From Catajapyx aquilonaris (taxonomy: Eukaryota), in NCBI GenBank assembly GCA_000934665.2, contig JYFJ02001929.1:1-64000 (forward strand): 64,000 nt of DNA, written 5' to 3'. The notes below the pieces were generated by a model. That model was given only the letters and a program-made list of their open reading frames with translations, was not told the origin of the DNA and ran no database searches. Below are positions 24,947 to 39,900 of this stretch, one piece after another. The position numbers and the translations under genes are program-made. Each line of letters starts with the position of its first letter. The stretch's first letter is position 1.

Positions 24947-27900
24947 GTGAGTAATTATATGTTTAATTACCACACATACACTATTTAGGGAACATTTCCT
25001 GCGCTTCGTTTCTTTTCTATTCTTATTATCGTAAGTAGATCCGGTAATTAGCAGCCTCCTCCGTTGATTACCCGCGAACATGTCAGGCAAAGTTAATGCT
25101 GCCTTGGGCCTGCTCCAAAACCCATTTTATAAGGTGGTCTTTGGCAAGGTTAGCGTCCTCCAGGCCCCCCTTTTTTTCCTCCAGCAAATAAAAACTTTAA
25201 CTCCAGGCCAAAGATTTGCGACCTTCAAGCTTTTTTTTATACAAAAAAAACTGAAAGAGGTCAAATCCCTTGCAATGTAGCCTAACCAAATTATAACTTC
25301 TTTTTTCTTGGCACAGGCCATCGATAAAAAGAAAGCTTACTTTGTGTGCAGATCAATGAACACTATTGTTTTCTTATAACAATGACACGGAAATGAGATG
25401 GAAAATTTTGGATGGCTTTTGTGAGCAACTACTATTGTGCCTACACCATGCAACTTTTTAATGTATTTCTTCACATGCATCGCCTTCATACAGGGTGATA
25501 TTCAGAATCTCTGGTGACCAGTAGTTTGTTTGAATATTATCAGTCATATTGATATGCTCTCATGGGATGTGTTATGAAAAATGATACCACTGGATTCCTG
25601 AGGGATTTCATATAGTTAGATTTCAACGGACCATGAGTTTGTAATACTTTTACTGCAATTTCCGACCCCGATGTGATATAGTAACATAATTTTGGACGAA
25701 AAGCATGCTCCTGAAAACTTAATTCACAATCATTTAGGTCCACCACAGTGTTAACCATAAAGAGAATCACATGCATAATTACGCTCGTGGCCACTTTGCT
25801 AATGCGTGTGTGATAACGAGCCATGTTTCATGGAATTTTTCAGCCAATTTTGTTAACCTTTGAAGATCACCCTGTGAAACGACACCGTGTTTTTCAGCGG
25901 TCGCAATTTTTCATCCTCTCTTCGAATGATTGGAATGTCGTACAGGGTGAATCAAAACACCCTGTGGAAAAGCTGAACTATTGAAAAATTTGCTAATCTC
26001 CCTTGGCAATGCTCGACATATTTACGCAATGCAGTTCCCTGGGTAATCACGGAATGAGTAATGCATCGCAAAGAGATGCTCAATAGCCTGTGCTTTTAGT
26101 CGGGTGTGGAACGTCCATTTTCGGAGGAGGGGGAAATTAAATAGCTGAGTTTCCGGGACACATTGCGAATGGCGATGATTCGCAGCTGGAGTGCACGCAT
26201 ATTCGCATTTGAATATCACCAGGCGTATAGAGAAAATTATAGGGAATTTCCACTGGTCTGTGTTACACAGGATGATGCACTGCACTAGTTCACAAATTAC
26301 TTTCATATGAGATTTTTTAAATGCAAATTTTTTTTACTCAAATTGAATGATCACTATTTCAGGTGCTGAAAAGTGTACTGGACGAGAGATCCATCTTGTA
26401 CTAAACACACATGAAATAATTCCATCCGCTTTAAAACGGAGGCAATAGTGGATTAACTAGTGATTAGATTCAACTGTATGGTCTCTGATTTAACTGGTGT
26501 TCCATGAATGTCAAGGCCTGTACAGTACTTCATATTGGCATACAAAATCCTCGTGCTTTCGATTTCAAACATCAAAAGGTTCTGTTTCAGAGTTTGAGAG
26601 GGAGAGATGGATTCGGTGTTTGACGAGAGAAAAAAAAAGATTCTTAGATCACCTGTTTACAGAGCTTAGTACAAATGTTTGCCTTCCTGTAGTAAAAATC
26701 GCCAATCTTGCTCTAGTGATAGTCCATAGCTTTTAGATTCTAAGGAGGGAGAAATTACAGATAGGCTATAGTTATTTTGCGAATGGAAGGCAAAAAAATA
26801 ATGCCCTAAGATATATTTACACTAATTTATTTTAGGAAAAGATGCTAATTAAAATGAAGTATTAATGAATTAACAATTTTATGCGTAATATATCACATTG
26901 TTATTTGTGCACGACAAAGTCTAAACAGCACACTGTCATTATTAGGAGAATTATTGCATGGATGATTTTCAATTCAAAATTTGTGATGAATTATTAACAA
27001 ACAATATGTGGCCGGCAATCCCAATTAAATGTCACGCACCCCAAAATTACCAAGTCAATTATGGCCACATTGTAAATTCCTTTTATCGTGTAAAATGAGC
27101 TATGTGAACTACTGTTATTAAATGGAAAATTCATTCCTTATTGGATTCTATTCACATACTTATATTTGAAATCCAATTGACTTGCTTCTTGCACGAGCAT
27201 TGTTGACGTTTGTTCTTGCTGCAATATGTCCCATGTGTCTGTCATTGACACGTCTACATTAGGCTGAATAATTCCCTGTCGTAAATTCCAGATATTATGG
27301 ATGTGAGTGTCAGTTGGAAAAAAAAGCATGGGGTTGGCAGCAGTTGGGACAGCTGCACCCCCCCCCCCCCCTGAAGCCATAATGTTGACTGAAATTGCTG
27401 TTTTAGAGTGACAGGTAACAGCCACATACCCCTGCAGAGTCTCTCGAGAGGTAAACCAGTCTTCAACTTGTCGTTACACCTCGACTGAAAGACAGCTCTC
27501 TCTTTTTAGTTGTTGTTGACGCCAGAAACTTCTCCGAGGTCTGACTGACGGAAAAGCCTTATAAATTTTAAGAGATGCAAATACGCGGTTGTAAAAGTTT
27601 AATTATCAGGTTATTTTACGCAGAAAAAATGAGACGCTTTTTTTCGTTCCCTTGAAGCCTCTGGAGGGAACGGCTTTATTAGAAATTCTTGTCAACGCCT
27701 TTTGAAGTTGCCCGTTAGTCAGATATGCACAGGAAGGGTTGAAAAATATTACGCAAAGGTGCAACGTGCAAAGCCAACATTTAATATATATATTTTTTTA
27801 AATAAGAATTTTCACGAATATGTAGACATTCTGGAAAACTTCTTCTTCAGATATTATTGACGATATGGGCTTTGCAAAAAGGGGCTCGATTGAGGTATCT

Positions 27901-30900
27901 GATACGTACGGACACAAAACGTATCCCATTTGAGTGGCCCAGCTGTGATTGTGTGTGTCGTAGAAAAAGAGAGATTTTCGGATATACTCGATCCTTCCTG
28001 CATTAGGAGACTGCTTCCTTTGTGATTTTTCAGTTCCGTTCCCTTTGACGAACCTTCATGCAGTATAACCCTCACTCAATCCATTTTGCGACAAAAAAAT
28101 TGCAAATATAGCCAGACTTTGATACAAGAAGGATTTACTGTTGATCCCCTGATGGACATCACATTTTAATGTGTACACGCTATTTGCATTACTCTCCAAC
28201 TCTTTTTTTGCAATAGTATGCAGTACCATATAATGAAAATAAATATGACAAGGACACTCCGCCACGCAATCAGACTCGGCGAAAAAAAAATCGCACACAA
28301 TATGGGCAGGCCTGCAAGTGTAGACGTCACTCCAGAGACGTGTTTGGCAACCCGAATAGGACGCTGACACAGTTGGAATTCACGTCATCTCTTGGGATTC
28401 TCCCGGGACGACAACCCGAGCTCTCACAGACCTCGTTGACATGTTGATTGTATCGCGCTGCGGTATTCCAAAGGGGGGGAGAAAATGTACGGTGTGGGGG
28501 AGGAAGGTGGAAAACCTAGGAATTCATAGCTGCTGCAAATGGAAGGACAGGATTTTTTATAAAAAAAAATTCAACCTGGGCCACCAGAGGAATAGATATC
28601 TCGAAGCAAAAAAAGGTAGATTGAATCTGCTTTTTTTTGTCTGAATACTTCAGCTTGGAAGCTACTTTTTTTTCAATTTTTTCTGTACTTTGTAAAAAAA
28701 AGCTGGTCGGTCAATGGCATCCGGATTCAGCTTCCATGTTGCAAAAAAAAGCGAGCACGACTTTCACGACATTTCGAAATCATAGCCCATTCAATGTAAC
28801 AGTAAAAAAAAAAACTGAGGTCTAAGACCCGAGGCAATTTCAGATTTTTTTTAAAAGTCAGAAAGACTTCTCAATTGTATTAAGAGCAACCGTGCCAGCT
28901 AATGAGAAGTGGAGGACTTTCAATGGAATTTAGTAGGAGTAATTATTACAATAGATACCTCAAGTACTGAGATTTAAATTATTGGTGAATTATTTTATTA
29001 TTATTAACCCAGCTGTGCAATGCATCTCTTAATGAGTCTGTAATAGTTCTTAATTTTCTCATAAATATGTTTTAATAAATAACATAGTAATTCAGGCTGG
29101 CAGGATGGAAATAACTGCTTAATAATAACAAGAAAAAAATCGAAATCACGTCGACTGAACAACAAACTTCATTTCGATCGCCCTTTTCATATAGTAAATA
29201 ATTCTCTAACTGCATCTCTCTCTATATCCCTTAGGAAACGTCGGTTAGCGCGCAATTCTCAACATTTTCAGGATGATTGAATTCATCTCGACTTTCGACC
29301 TCAAGGGGCCTGGCAACACCACGAATGAGGGAGGGGGATGGGGAGCTAAAAGAAGGGGGGAAAAAGAAATAGAAGAAAAGGGCCCTGACGGGAAGTGTTG
29401 GTTGTCAGGGAAAATGGCCGGAAGGCCTTATTCTCAAGACTTCAAACGTGGGAGAGAGAAGTGTTCCCGGAACTCCTGGAATGAGTGAAAGAAACGGCCA
29501 ATGGAAAAAGGGGGTCGCTTTTTTTTAGGTGGGGGGTTATATGGCAAGAAATGAGGAAGGCGCCGTTGCTTGAAAAGAGTAGAAAAACCCCCTCAGAAAG
29601 AATGAGCCGTTTGGTAAAAGCAAAACAAACTTTCATACTCGATTAGCACTGATGTTTTTTTTTGGTTGAAAATACTGCTGGTCAACAGGATGTTAAATGT
29701 CGTATTTTTAATTTGAATATACACAACTTTATTGAGGACTATAATTTTCATGAATGTGTGAGACAGACCTTGAAATGGGTTGGCTTTGGAGCCTGGTTTA
29801 TATATATTTTTTTGCAATATTGATAGTTTAGGCGTGGCCCAGTGCCAAGCAGGCGCCTGTCTGAAAAAAAGGTCAAAGCATCAGGGTGCTTCGTACAGCC
29901 TGGGAAACTATACAAGAGCAAAACCAAATTGGCAAGATTCCGGAACAACAGCGCATTGCGCTACTTTTTTTTCTGGTCGACTATTAGCCTCCAGTAAGAG
30001 AAAGTATATGAAAATAAATAGTTGCATATGAACCACAATCCTACAAAATCACCAATAAATTCGTGTAGATTATTGCAACAAACATGTACATTGTACATAA
30101 ATAAGTATGTTTTAAAGGGGGTCCTGGTGATTGTTGCTTCTCTTTAAACAGTCTGCTGGAGTAAGCAATCAATAAGTTCTCCTCGCTTTTTAACTTGGAC
30201 AGTGCACAACCCGGTGTCGAGTAACACAAAAACTAGTTAACAACATTGATTGGAGAAGAGCAATATTAATAGGTGTCAGAGAGAGAGAGAGGTTGAAGCT
30301 GGAAGTAGTGTATTACAAAATTGCGAGTTCATCATGGCTTGGCACGCATATGAGCAGCATATGGTGCACATGATATGCTTGTCAGAGAATGAAGTGTGTC
30401 GGCTTGTTGTCTGTATTTTTTTTAATCGACTGGTAGTGTTGGGTGATAGCCGTCCATAAATGGCGTAATCCATCCTGTTTTATGGTTTGGATATGGAGTA
30501 AGGCTTTATGAACATGCCGCATGTTAATACAGTACTCCAACTCGATGTGAAGCAGAATTCGCACACTGAAAAAAACCAGTTAAAAAAATTGTGTTGCATA
30601 TCTGTTTTGCTCATCTGAACATATAGAGTCGAATCAGTGCAGTCTGCGGTTCCGCTGACGTTAAATTTTACTAGGGCTGACTCTCCCAAGAGACTCATTT
30701 CACTTGGTTACCTTCAGTAATGCAAACTTTAAGGGATTACGGTAATGATGCGGAGCTTGTGTGGGGGGGTACCCTTTTGGAGGAGTAAATTTCCCGAAGC
30801 ATAATTACTGCGGCTCCGTTAGGTAACACAATGCACAGGGTGTTTGCATATATTTTTGGACCTCTGACTGTTTCCGCTTCTTGGTTCGCTTCCAGGTGCG

Positions 30901-33900
30901 ATATTCACCGAGGAACAAAAGGACACGAGTACAGAGCTTGCCTTCAAGTACGCGGTGTACACCATAAACAAGGACAGAAACATACTTCCAAACACAACTC
31001 TGGTGTACGATATTCAGTACGTCAGAAAAGACGACAGCTTCAGGACATCCAAGAAAGGTAAGCATACTCTCATATTATTGAGCAAAATTAATGTATATAT
31101 AATTTTAATTAATTCAAAATCAAATTTAATTGTAATATCTTAATTAGATTCGATTCGTGTGACTATTTTGGTGTGTGATGTTGCAATGGTAAATCCACCA
31201 AGAGAGCAAAGGACCGATATTGCCATTAAGTTGCTTAATGTACATGTTCCGATCAAAAATTGCCAGTTAATTACCGATATTGCAAAAAACCGGGCAGTGA
31301 GATAATTACGTGAAAAATGATAATGCTGCAGCCTCACATTGATTGAGTGAAACGCGGCATGTTACAATTACAAAGTGCTCATTGTAGCATACGATGTGAA
31401 CTGTCCAGTGATATATATATTTTTTTAAATAAAAAAAATCAAATCTGCAACATGCATTTAGTTATATTTTTTATTATCATACAATGGATTTTCACGATCG
31501 GATTATCCAATTAAATTTTCTCGCAACAAACAACACGTAATGTTATTTTGCTTTTGTACAGATTCCCAATGCAATGTTAGTCATGAGTGAACATTAGCCA
31601 TGTAAAAGTGAGTTTGCATTCATATTGGACATTACTGAATTCGCAAAAAAAAAAATTAAAACCGGATCAAAAGCACATGATGTTCTCTCTCTCTCAATAT
31701 ATTTGCCAATATCTCCCTCTGAATTTGGTTATTATGTACAGTAGGCCTACTCTAAGTTGATGTGAATTTTTCTTTTACTGACTAACAGCAATGGGACTAA
31801 CAATTAAAGGCTTTGTGACGTAATAGCCTACCAAGGATGTAATTAGTGCAAAGGTGATTAAATCAGTCTGAGGGCCCGTATGTAGGGTTCCGCACAAATG
31901 TGACTTTGTAACCTTCCGTATAATGCAACCGACTTGACATGAATGTGTGGCGAGCCGTATAATTCCCTCTCTAGCTGGCCTTGACAAATCTACTATAAAT
32001 TAGTTTTAGAGCCTCGACACAGCATTTTATCCGTGGTAGGATGGTTGCTCTGGCGTTGTCACATGAGACGACGACCACTCCACATGTTGGGGCTAAGTAA
32101 GTTGAGTCCATTAACTGTGGGGGGCAGTCCTGAGGGGCTTATGGCGTGAACATGCTCGTTGAGCACCAGCCACTAATCAGACGCTGTCCTGAATATCGCG
32201 CCGCTAATTACTAATGTGGGCGAAGGTGACATGTCCGCTGTTTGTCGCCAACTTGATCGTGCATTCAGCGGTTGGCAAGATAACCTTTGAGTCGGTTATC
32301 TGGAATTTCTCCGAAACAAGTTATGGAACACCCTGTGTATTCGCATAGGCTTATATCCAACATCTCTCTCCGCTTAAACACAGCTAGACTATTCATGAGG
32401 ATTAGTTTGCGAGAGGGTCGTGAAGACTGCAAAGCTGCTTTTCCGGTCCGAGTTGCTTTTCCGGGGCATCTTCGGCAATTAACCCCTCAGGTCGGAACCG
32501 GGTTTTGATAAGCAACACCCAGCCTCAATTTGCATGGATTCCCTGCGACTACTGCGAGAACACCTTCAGATAACACTGCGCAGGGAAACGTTACAAAATA
32601 TTTATGATATTTTTAGCAACTTTTAGTACACCACTCTTGTTGACATTCTTTTTGCGAAAGTGGACCAACTGCGATTTTTTTTTGTTGGCCACCGGCCTGT
32701 AGTTTTACTTTACAAAGCAGTTTGGTGTGGTAACCCACACACTTGGTGAGAGTGACACATGCACGTGTGATCCAGGGGAGAAGGAATTTAGGCTGTGCAT
32801 ATAGGACGTATCCGGAGCATTTAGGGTTGGCAGTTAGGACCGGTGTCGGGTGAATGGAAAGTGCCAGAGGGGGCCAACTGCCAATAAACTCCAGGGTTTA
32901 TGCCACGGGCTCGGCTTTTCAGCCGCGGCCACACCATAGCCTAGGGGGGCCCCCTGTGGGCCCCGGGGCCCATGAAAATCACCCCATTCCCAGGAAGAAG
33001 CCGGGCTCTTACCTAACATAATTCGGACGCATTTTAATGGCTCGTTTCGGACCATAATCAAATGCAAATGGTTGGAAGTCGACCTTTCGTTTCCTCCGGT
33101 TATGATTAGTGAACTTCTCTAGTTCGGTGAACGGGGAAAGTGAAGATCTATGGTAACTACTACCTAGGCGCTAGGCGATGAGTAAACATGGACAAAGAAG
33201 CGGACAGACAGAATATGGGAATTAGTAGTATGATTTGGGGACATGAACTTCACCAGTTGGATCCTGCTACAAATGTCCATTTGGCACGAAGGCAACGACC
33301 TCTCATCAACGTCCATGTCCGCCTGCTGGCACTTTTATACCGAATTGCACCCAAAAAAAACCCAGAGTGGTCCATGCTGGTAGAGAGTTGGGCGAGTTAG
33401 TTCCCCACGTCATCCGGCTCTGAATGTTTTACTGGGGAAAAAGAAAGAAGTGTCTATTTCCGAGTGTGCCGCCCAGTCAAGTGTGTGAAGGTCCCCCCTT
33501 TTTTTCCTTCAATCCCACCCCAAAAGAGTCTCTTTGGGAACAAGAGAGGGGGGGCCAAATGAGGACTGTGGCCATCGACCTTACGGCTGTTTTCCCGCTA
33601 ATCCCGACCCCGCAAACCGCCAATTTCCGGGTGATTCTCAGGCCGTTTTTGGCTGGAGCATGGGGAATACTCGCCAGTATAGAGAGTGGACAGGCCTGTG
33701 TTGTCAATTTTCAATGTAATTTTTTTTTGTCTCTAAAACTACAATTTTCATAGTAAAGAGTTGGTGTTCAAATAAAGCAACCAAAATATTTGTTTCCCTC
33801 CACTTTTTTTTTTTGGTTTAAAGGTACAAAAGGTTTATCGCATATTGGACCCTCCACTTTGTCCGGCAGGTTTCCGGAGCGGATGAAAGACAAACAGATC

Positions 33901-36900
33901 TAAAAGGGTCCGAATCCGGTTGCATGTGGACCAAACATAAATCTGAACCCTTGAATCAGACTACAAAAAAATGCAGGCTTTTTAACAATGCAATCTGATA
34001 TTTACCTCCAGCAGTTAAAACACACATTGAAGCCAGATAGACACGCTCTTTAATAACTGTCAATTACCGGCCGAATCCATCCGACGGAACATATTTTCTG
34101 GTTTAAAGTCTGAGCCTCGGTCACCAGGTTTTTGATCCAGTTGTAATCAGTCGTCCCAGCGAAATGATGAACGTTTTTCAGGTCATTTTTTAAAGCCCCA
34201 GGGTATGAATTGCTGCGGGGGTCCTTCCGGGTCGTAACTTTCCGAGCAATTTGAAATCAGTGTGATTAATAATCGGATTGCAGGCCACCTGGTTGGACGT
34301 TGAAGTGTAATCCGATTCCCGGTTCCGCGATTAGATCCCGGTGTGTGATACAGGCTGCTCTCTTCATTATTATGGCCTCTGATGACAGTCAACAATAACC
34401 ACGCCAAGCCACATTAAATTATCAGCGTTTTCCCCCCACTAATCCTAATTAATCCAAGTGCTTCGTGATCAAAGTTATTCGGATTCCTATTGTTGCGAGG
34501 CCAACACTGGATATCCCAAGGGCTACTATTGTGTTCAATTCATTGTTGTCAACGGTTCCTCACTGACTAATCAGAGTGGTCCACAGGCACATTTAATTCA
34601 GGAGTATATGGCGAATGCGTATATGATGACAATGCAGGGTCTGCTGCATTATTACTCACCTCCGCGTGGGTAATTAAATTCGCGCGGCATTTCAGCAGGA
34701 TTCCTCAGCTTCAAAGGCGGAAAGGCATACACACGGAAAGGTTCGGGTCTTCTGAGGCCATTTCCAGCCGACTTTGTACCTATACCATTTCCTCCAATTA
34801 AGCACTTGAGAGGTCTCAGTGGTGGCCTCGGGGCCATGCCACTGACCTGATTCATCCTGCGCAAACTTATTTCTGCACAACAAACGTAGAGTACTAATTA
34901 TTAGTAATTATTAACATGATCCAATTAACTCGTACTCGACTGCGCGAACATTGTGATAAAATCAGATGAAATATTCAGGGTATAAACCACTTGCGACGAT
35001 ATGCACTTACCTTTGAGGATTAGCGAAAATGTTTGCGATATCTAAGTGAATCTGCCGAGGGTAATGTACTCTAGTTTTTTAAATATTTTAATAGAAATTT
35101 GCTGGAGAATCGCGCGGCATGTACTTCCAGAGAGTAATGCATTGTGAATTTTTTCGCAAAGATTTGTCTAGAGGCTCGTTTTCCGTTAGTTGCAATTTGC
35201 TTTGGTATAAGTAAGCTCATGAGCTGCATTGTGCTGTATTAATCGAAATGTACGGAGTCTGTGCACCTTCGGGGCTTAAATTCAGATTCGATATACCGAC
35301 CGAGTGTGTCAAAATCATATGTCTCCAGTACAAGGCAACAGGTTAATCCGGAAAGTTGCATTACCGAAGCAGGACTGTAAATTCAGTTTGAAATATTTTC
35401 TCTAGAGAATATACCACTATGTCTTTGCTATAGATAAGTGAAAGAGGGTTGATTTTGGCATCACTTTTGCAAATTGTATGTTTTGGAAATCCCACAAATG
35501 CAGAGTTCAATATAGCTTTTCTGGTTAACTGACAGCGAAATCGGAAATTTAATAACCAACGGCTAGTAATATTCCGGGGTGGTCCCAAAACGGCTATTTA
35601 ACTGCGGAACTGAACTTCCTGGCGCCTTATTTAGTATCGAACCTCGTGGCTGGATGCCACCACCAGATAACACTCACAGTTTCAAAAAAAAAAGAGAGCG
35701 AGAGAGGCCATTCAAAAGCACTGTTGGAAAATGCAAAACTGCAATTAACACTTGGGTGAAGTGGCCGAAATTCGAAATGTTTCACATTCAATGGCCATTC
35801 ACTAACTTCTACCCCCTCGTAATTTACTGTGATAATTTCTATAAAACAGTAGGCTAAAACGATACCCCCCCCCCTATGCCCTGTTAACCGGCAGTTAAAA
35901 AGGCTGCTCATGTTCACAGCACAACCAAAATAGCGGTGATTTTAAGTAGCAGTCATTGGTGGCAAAATTATTTGCAATTTCCAAATGGACTTGACAAATT
36001 CGCAGGCTGTCAAAATAACAGTAGCAATTTCGTCATCCGCTATCCCCCCTCGCTCAAAATCAGTCCGATTCACATCCGATAAAACGTCCAAAACGGTTTC
36101 GCAACCATAAATGCGAAATCATCATTCACTCACACGAGTAGAAATTTGCGGCGGGAAACGTCCCAGTGTCCCGGTCAGACCGATATATCACAATGGAGGT
36201 TGGGATGGGCTCAATTTTGCGAATATGCGAATGCAAAAAAAATTGGCATTTTCTCCCTACCTTTGCTCCAACGGTGGTCGAGTATGTGAATCTCTCTCTC
36301 TCTCTCTCTCTGCGCATATTTTTCATGAAGGGCTCATGCAACTCAATTGTGAGAGTTTAATATCTCAACCGACCAACGCGCTCCCTTCCAGCCCAATTTC
36401 ATTTTCAATAACCCAGCAAACCTGGCTGTGAAAGGTTTAATTAACGCAAAAGTCAAATGCCAGGGAACCGGAATTGGAATACTAACGCTCGGAGCTCAGC
36501 CCCCCCAGTCGAACAGGACCCACAAAAAAATGATGTAAATTGTTACATTGCATTCATCGACTTGAGTGAAAAAAGTGCGTTAATTAAAGCACCTCACTAT
36601 AGTATCAATCTCCTTTTGACCAATCTGAACTAAGTGCACAAAAATGACCACCAGGTGACTTTAGACTAATTGGCAAAAAATTCGAAATGAATTTTTTTCA
36701 ACATTTCTGTTAAATATTGTCTATAATATTGTTGTCTTTTTAGCTTGCAGGCAGATCCGATTCGGTGTCCAGGCCATCTTCGGTCCGTCTGACCCTCTGT
36801 TGGGGTCACATATCCAGTCAATTTGTGATGCTCTGGACATACCTCACCTGGAGGCCCGACTGGACTATGAGCCTCACATCAAAGAGTTTTCAATCAACCT

Positions 36901-39900
36901 GCATCCAACACAGGACCATCTCAACCAGGCCTTCAGAGACCTCATGGTCTTCCTCAATTGGACCAAGGTCGCCATCCTCTACGAGGAGGACTTTGGTATG
37001 TATATTCACCGGATCTCGTTGTCTGCAAAACCCAAGTTTTATGGGGCCAAAGTTCCCGGAGCGAATGAAGAAATTATTTGTCCTTTCTCATTCCCTTTTT
37101 TTCCTTTTGTTCCCTACGGTCTCCTTTTTTTCTCCTAGTTCCGGGACAGGGTTATTTAGGTCTTGGGAGGGCCGTTAAAATAGGAAAATGGTGTCGTTAA
37201 CAGTGGCATGAGATGAGAGCATAAAAGGATGAATAGGAGGGGAAAGGGTATAGAGCAGCAGATTTACTGGGTCTTAAGCAGATCGAATTTGGCTGTCTGT
37301 ATGGGAACTATTGGCTGGGATGGCGTAATGGAATGAGTACTTGGACCAACCATCATTTGTTTACGGGCCTAAGAAGAACGCATTGTAGGATGGGTGGCAC
37401 AATCCTTTACTTCAAAACGTCCTATGAAGTCCCCAGCGTCTGGCACAAAAATAATTCCTATGTGGAAAGAATTGTGTTGGTTTTCTTATGATGCTCATTC
37501 GTTGTTTTTCTCCACTCCACATACAGGTCTTATAAAGCTAAGGGATTTGGTCCGGACTCCGCCAGCCAAGAACATGGAGATTCACATCAAGCAAACTAGT
37601 CCTCCAAACTACAGGGCGATCCTGAGAGACATCAAGAGAAGGGAGATCTACAACCTAATAGTGGACACCCGTCCTGACAACATGTACAAATTCTTCAGGG
37701 CGGTGAGTTGCAAAACATTCTTCTCATTTAGGTTCAGTTTTAATTTTAATTTGCCCCCCCCGCAATGAAGTCATGCCCATTTGCTCTAATTGTTACAGGC
37801 AAAAGCACGTCAGGGTCGATTCGGTGTAAGCCACGCTTTAACCCCGAAACGGCGCAGAATTAAAACGTCCCCTGTTTAATCCGGGTAATCCGTGTTCGCG
37901 GCTTGTTTTGAAGTGATAAATCCGGAGCGAGGAATTTGCGAAAGGGTTGCACTTTTCGGGACTCTCTGCAACAGCAGTTTGATCGACAAGGACTCATCAT
38001 GTGTAGTAGCTGAAGGACTTTGACATGGCTTGCAATCAAAGGAGCTCTTTTTTTTTCAAGGTTCTTCCGTTAGAGTTGGGCACTTTGGGAATTTACAGCG
38101 GGTCGTAAGAAGGTTTATGGCAATGTTAAACACTCGTAGGTTTCACTTTTGTGGGTGGATGTGAGCATAAAAATTCAATCGAACTGTAGGAGGTATTTTT
38201 CAGATTGTTTGTTGGCGGCGGATGATGTAAGAGCTTGAACATTGTCGAATTCGATTCAAAATGGGCAAAAAATTAACCCAGTAAATCATGCAATACCTCG
38301 TTAAAAGTAACATCACAGCAGATAATAAAAAGGAAGGAAGAAATCTTATTCGTGTTTATGAAGAATGTCTGAGTAAATCTGAAAATTTATGAGGCGAACT
38401 AGGTCTTAACGTGATATCTTAATTTTCAGGTCCTGCAGCTTCAGATGAATGACTACAGATACCATTACGTATTTACAACCTTCGTAAGTTGCTGAATATT
38501 TTGCGATTACTTTTATCTGAGCAAAAATGGGTAATTATTTAAAGTCTCTGTCAAGTAGAATTTAAAAAATGAGGGTAAATTACAGCATGTAGTAAATTAG
38601 GTTGCAGATAGCTCTAAAAGAGACGTTTCAGGCTCAGAAAAAATCCATATTTTTTTGTAATTTTTAGGATCTGGATGTTTACGACTTGGAGGACTTCAAG
38701 TACAATTCTGTGAACATGACTGCTTATCGTCTGGTTGATTCGGAACACGCCAAAGTACGAAACATCCTTCACGCCATGGAAAGGTTTCAGCCCATCGGAC
38801 ACAGCATTGTGAATCGATCGGGAATTATTCAGGTGAGGGTTGGACACGAGATGACTCGATAAACCTTACGTTTCCTGCCACTCATAGGGTTTCTTCCATT
38901 TTGATTATTTTTTTTCCAGGCCGAGCCAGCTATGGTGTTCGACAGTGTGTTTGCTTTTGCGAAAGGTCTGGAGTCCCTGGATGGAGGCCATGCCCTACGA
39001 CCTGGAAACCTCTCATGCGACGACGAGTTGCCTTGGAACGACGGTCTCAGCCTGTACAACTACGTTAATTCGGTGAGTATAGTCCTTTTGATTAATTTGG
39101 AGACGTTTTGAGAGACATATTTGAGGCAGTGTGCTTTTCCGACACCTTAATTATGCCACTTATCCGACACAAGCACAAAAAGGAGGAGTAATGAGCCACG
39201 TTTTGTACGTGGAGGCATCATCGTTTGGCCCCAGACCAAAATTCATCTTCAAACAAAAACCTGGAGGCTATTGTGCTCCGGATTCCTGCTGGTTTTACCC
39301 GCATTTAAAAGAGGCCTTGTAAATGTTCCAGTGCGCGTAATTTGCGGGATAATAACATGGAAGATCTCAGCCGTGGCCATATCAGATGAGTGAAGACCTC
39401 TCCTCTTTGCTGGACATGGCCCACTCGCTTTGTTTTGACTGCCTCGCTAAAAGGGACTTCGGACAAGAACCATTGCTTTTACTGCCTGAACAACTAAGTG
39501 CTAACAAGGGTTAACGTGCTCTCCAGAGCATGAATGTCCTTTGAATAAGGTGTTCTTCATTTTTACCGGTACACAGAAGTAATAACACTCAACATATGCC
39601 TGACAGAGTGACCCCAACAATAAATGATAATCTCTTAAAACTAGTATTTTTTTCCTATTTATGGCCTGGCACTTCGACTCTTGTTGTACAATTAGTAAGG
39701 TGTTAAAGTACTGGTATTTAACAAGGTTGAAACGATGATTGAGTGACGCAATGCGGTTATCTTACACCGCAATGAAATCAGTGACCGAGCTGTGAAACAA
39801 ACAAATTAGTTGTAATTGGCGCAGTAACATAATGGCATGGCATTAATGCTAATTATTGATAATAGCCCCTGCTCAAAATTACTGGACTCTAAATCCACTT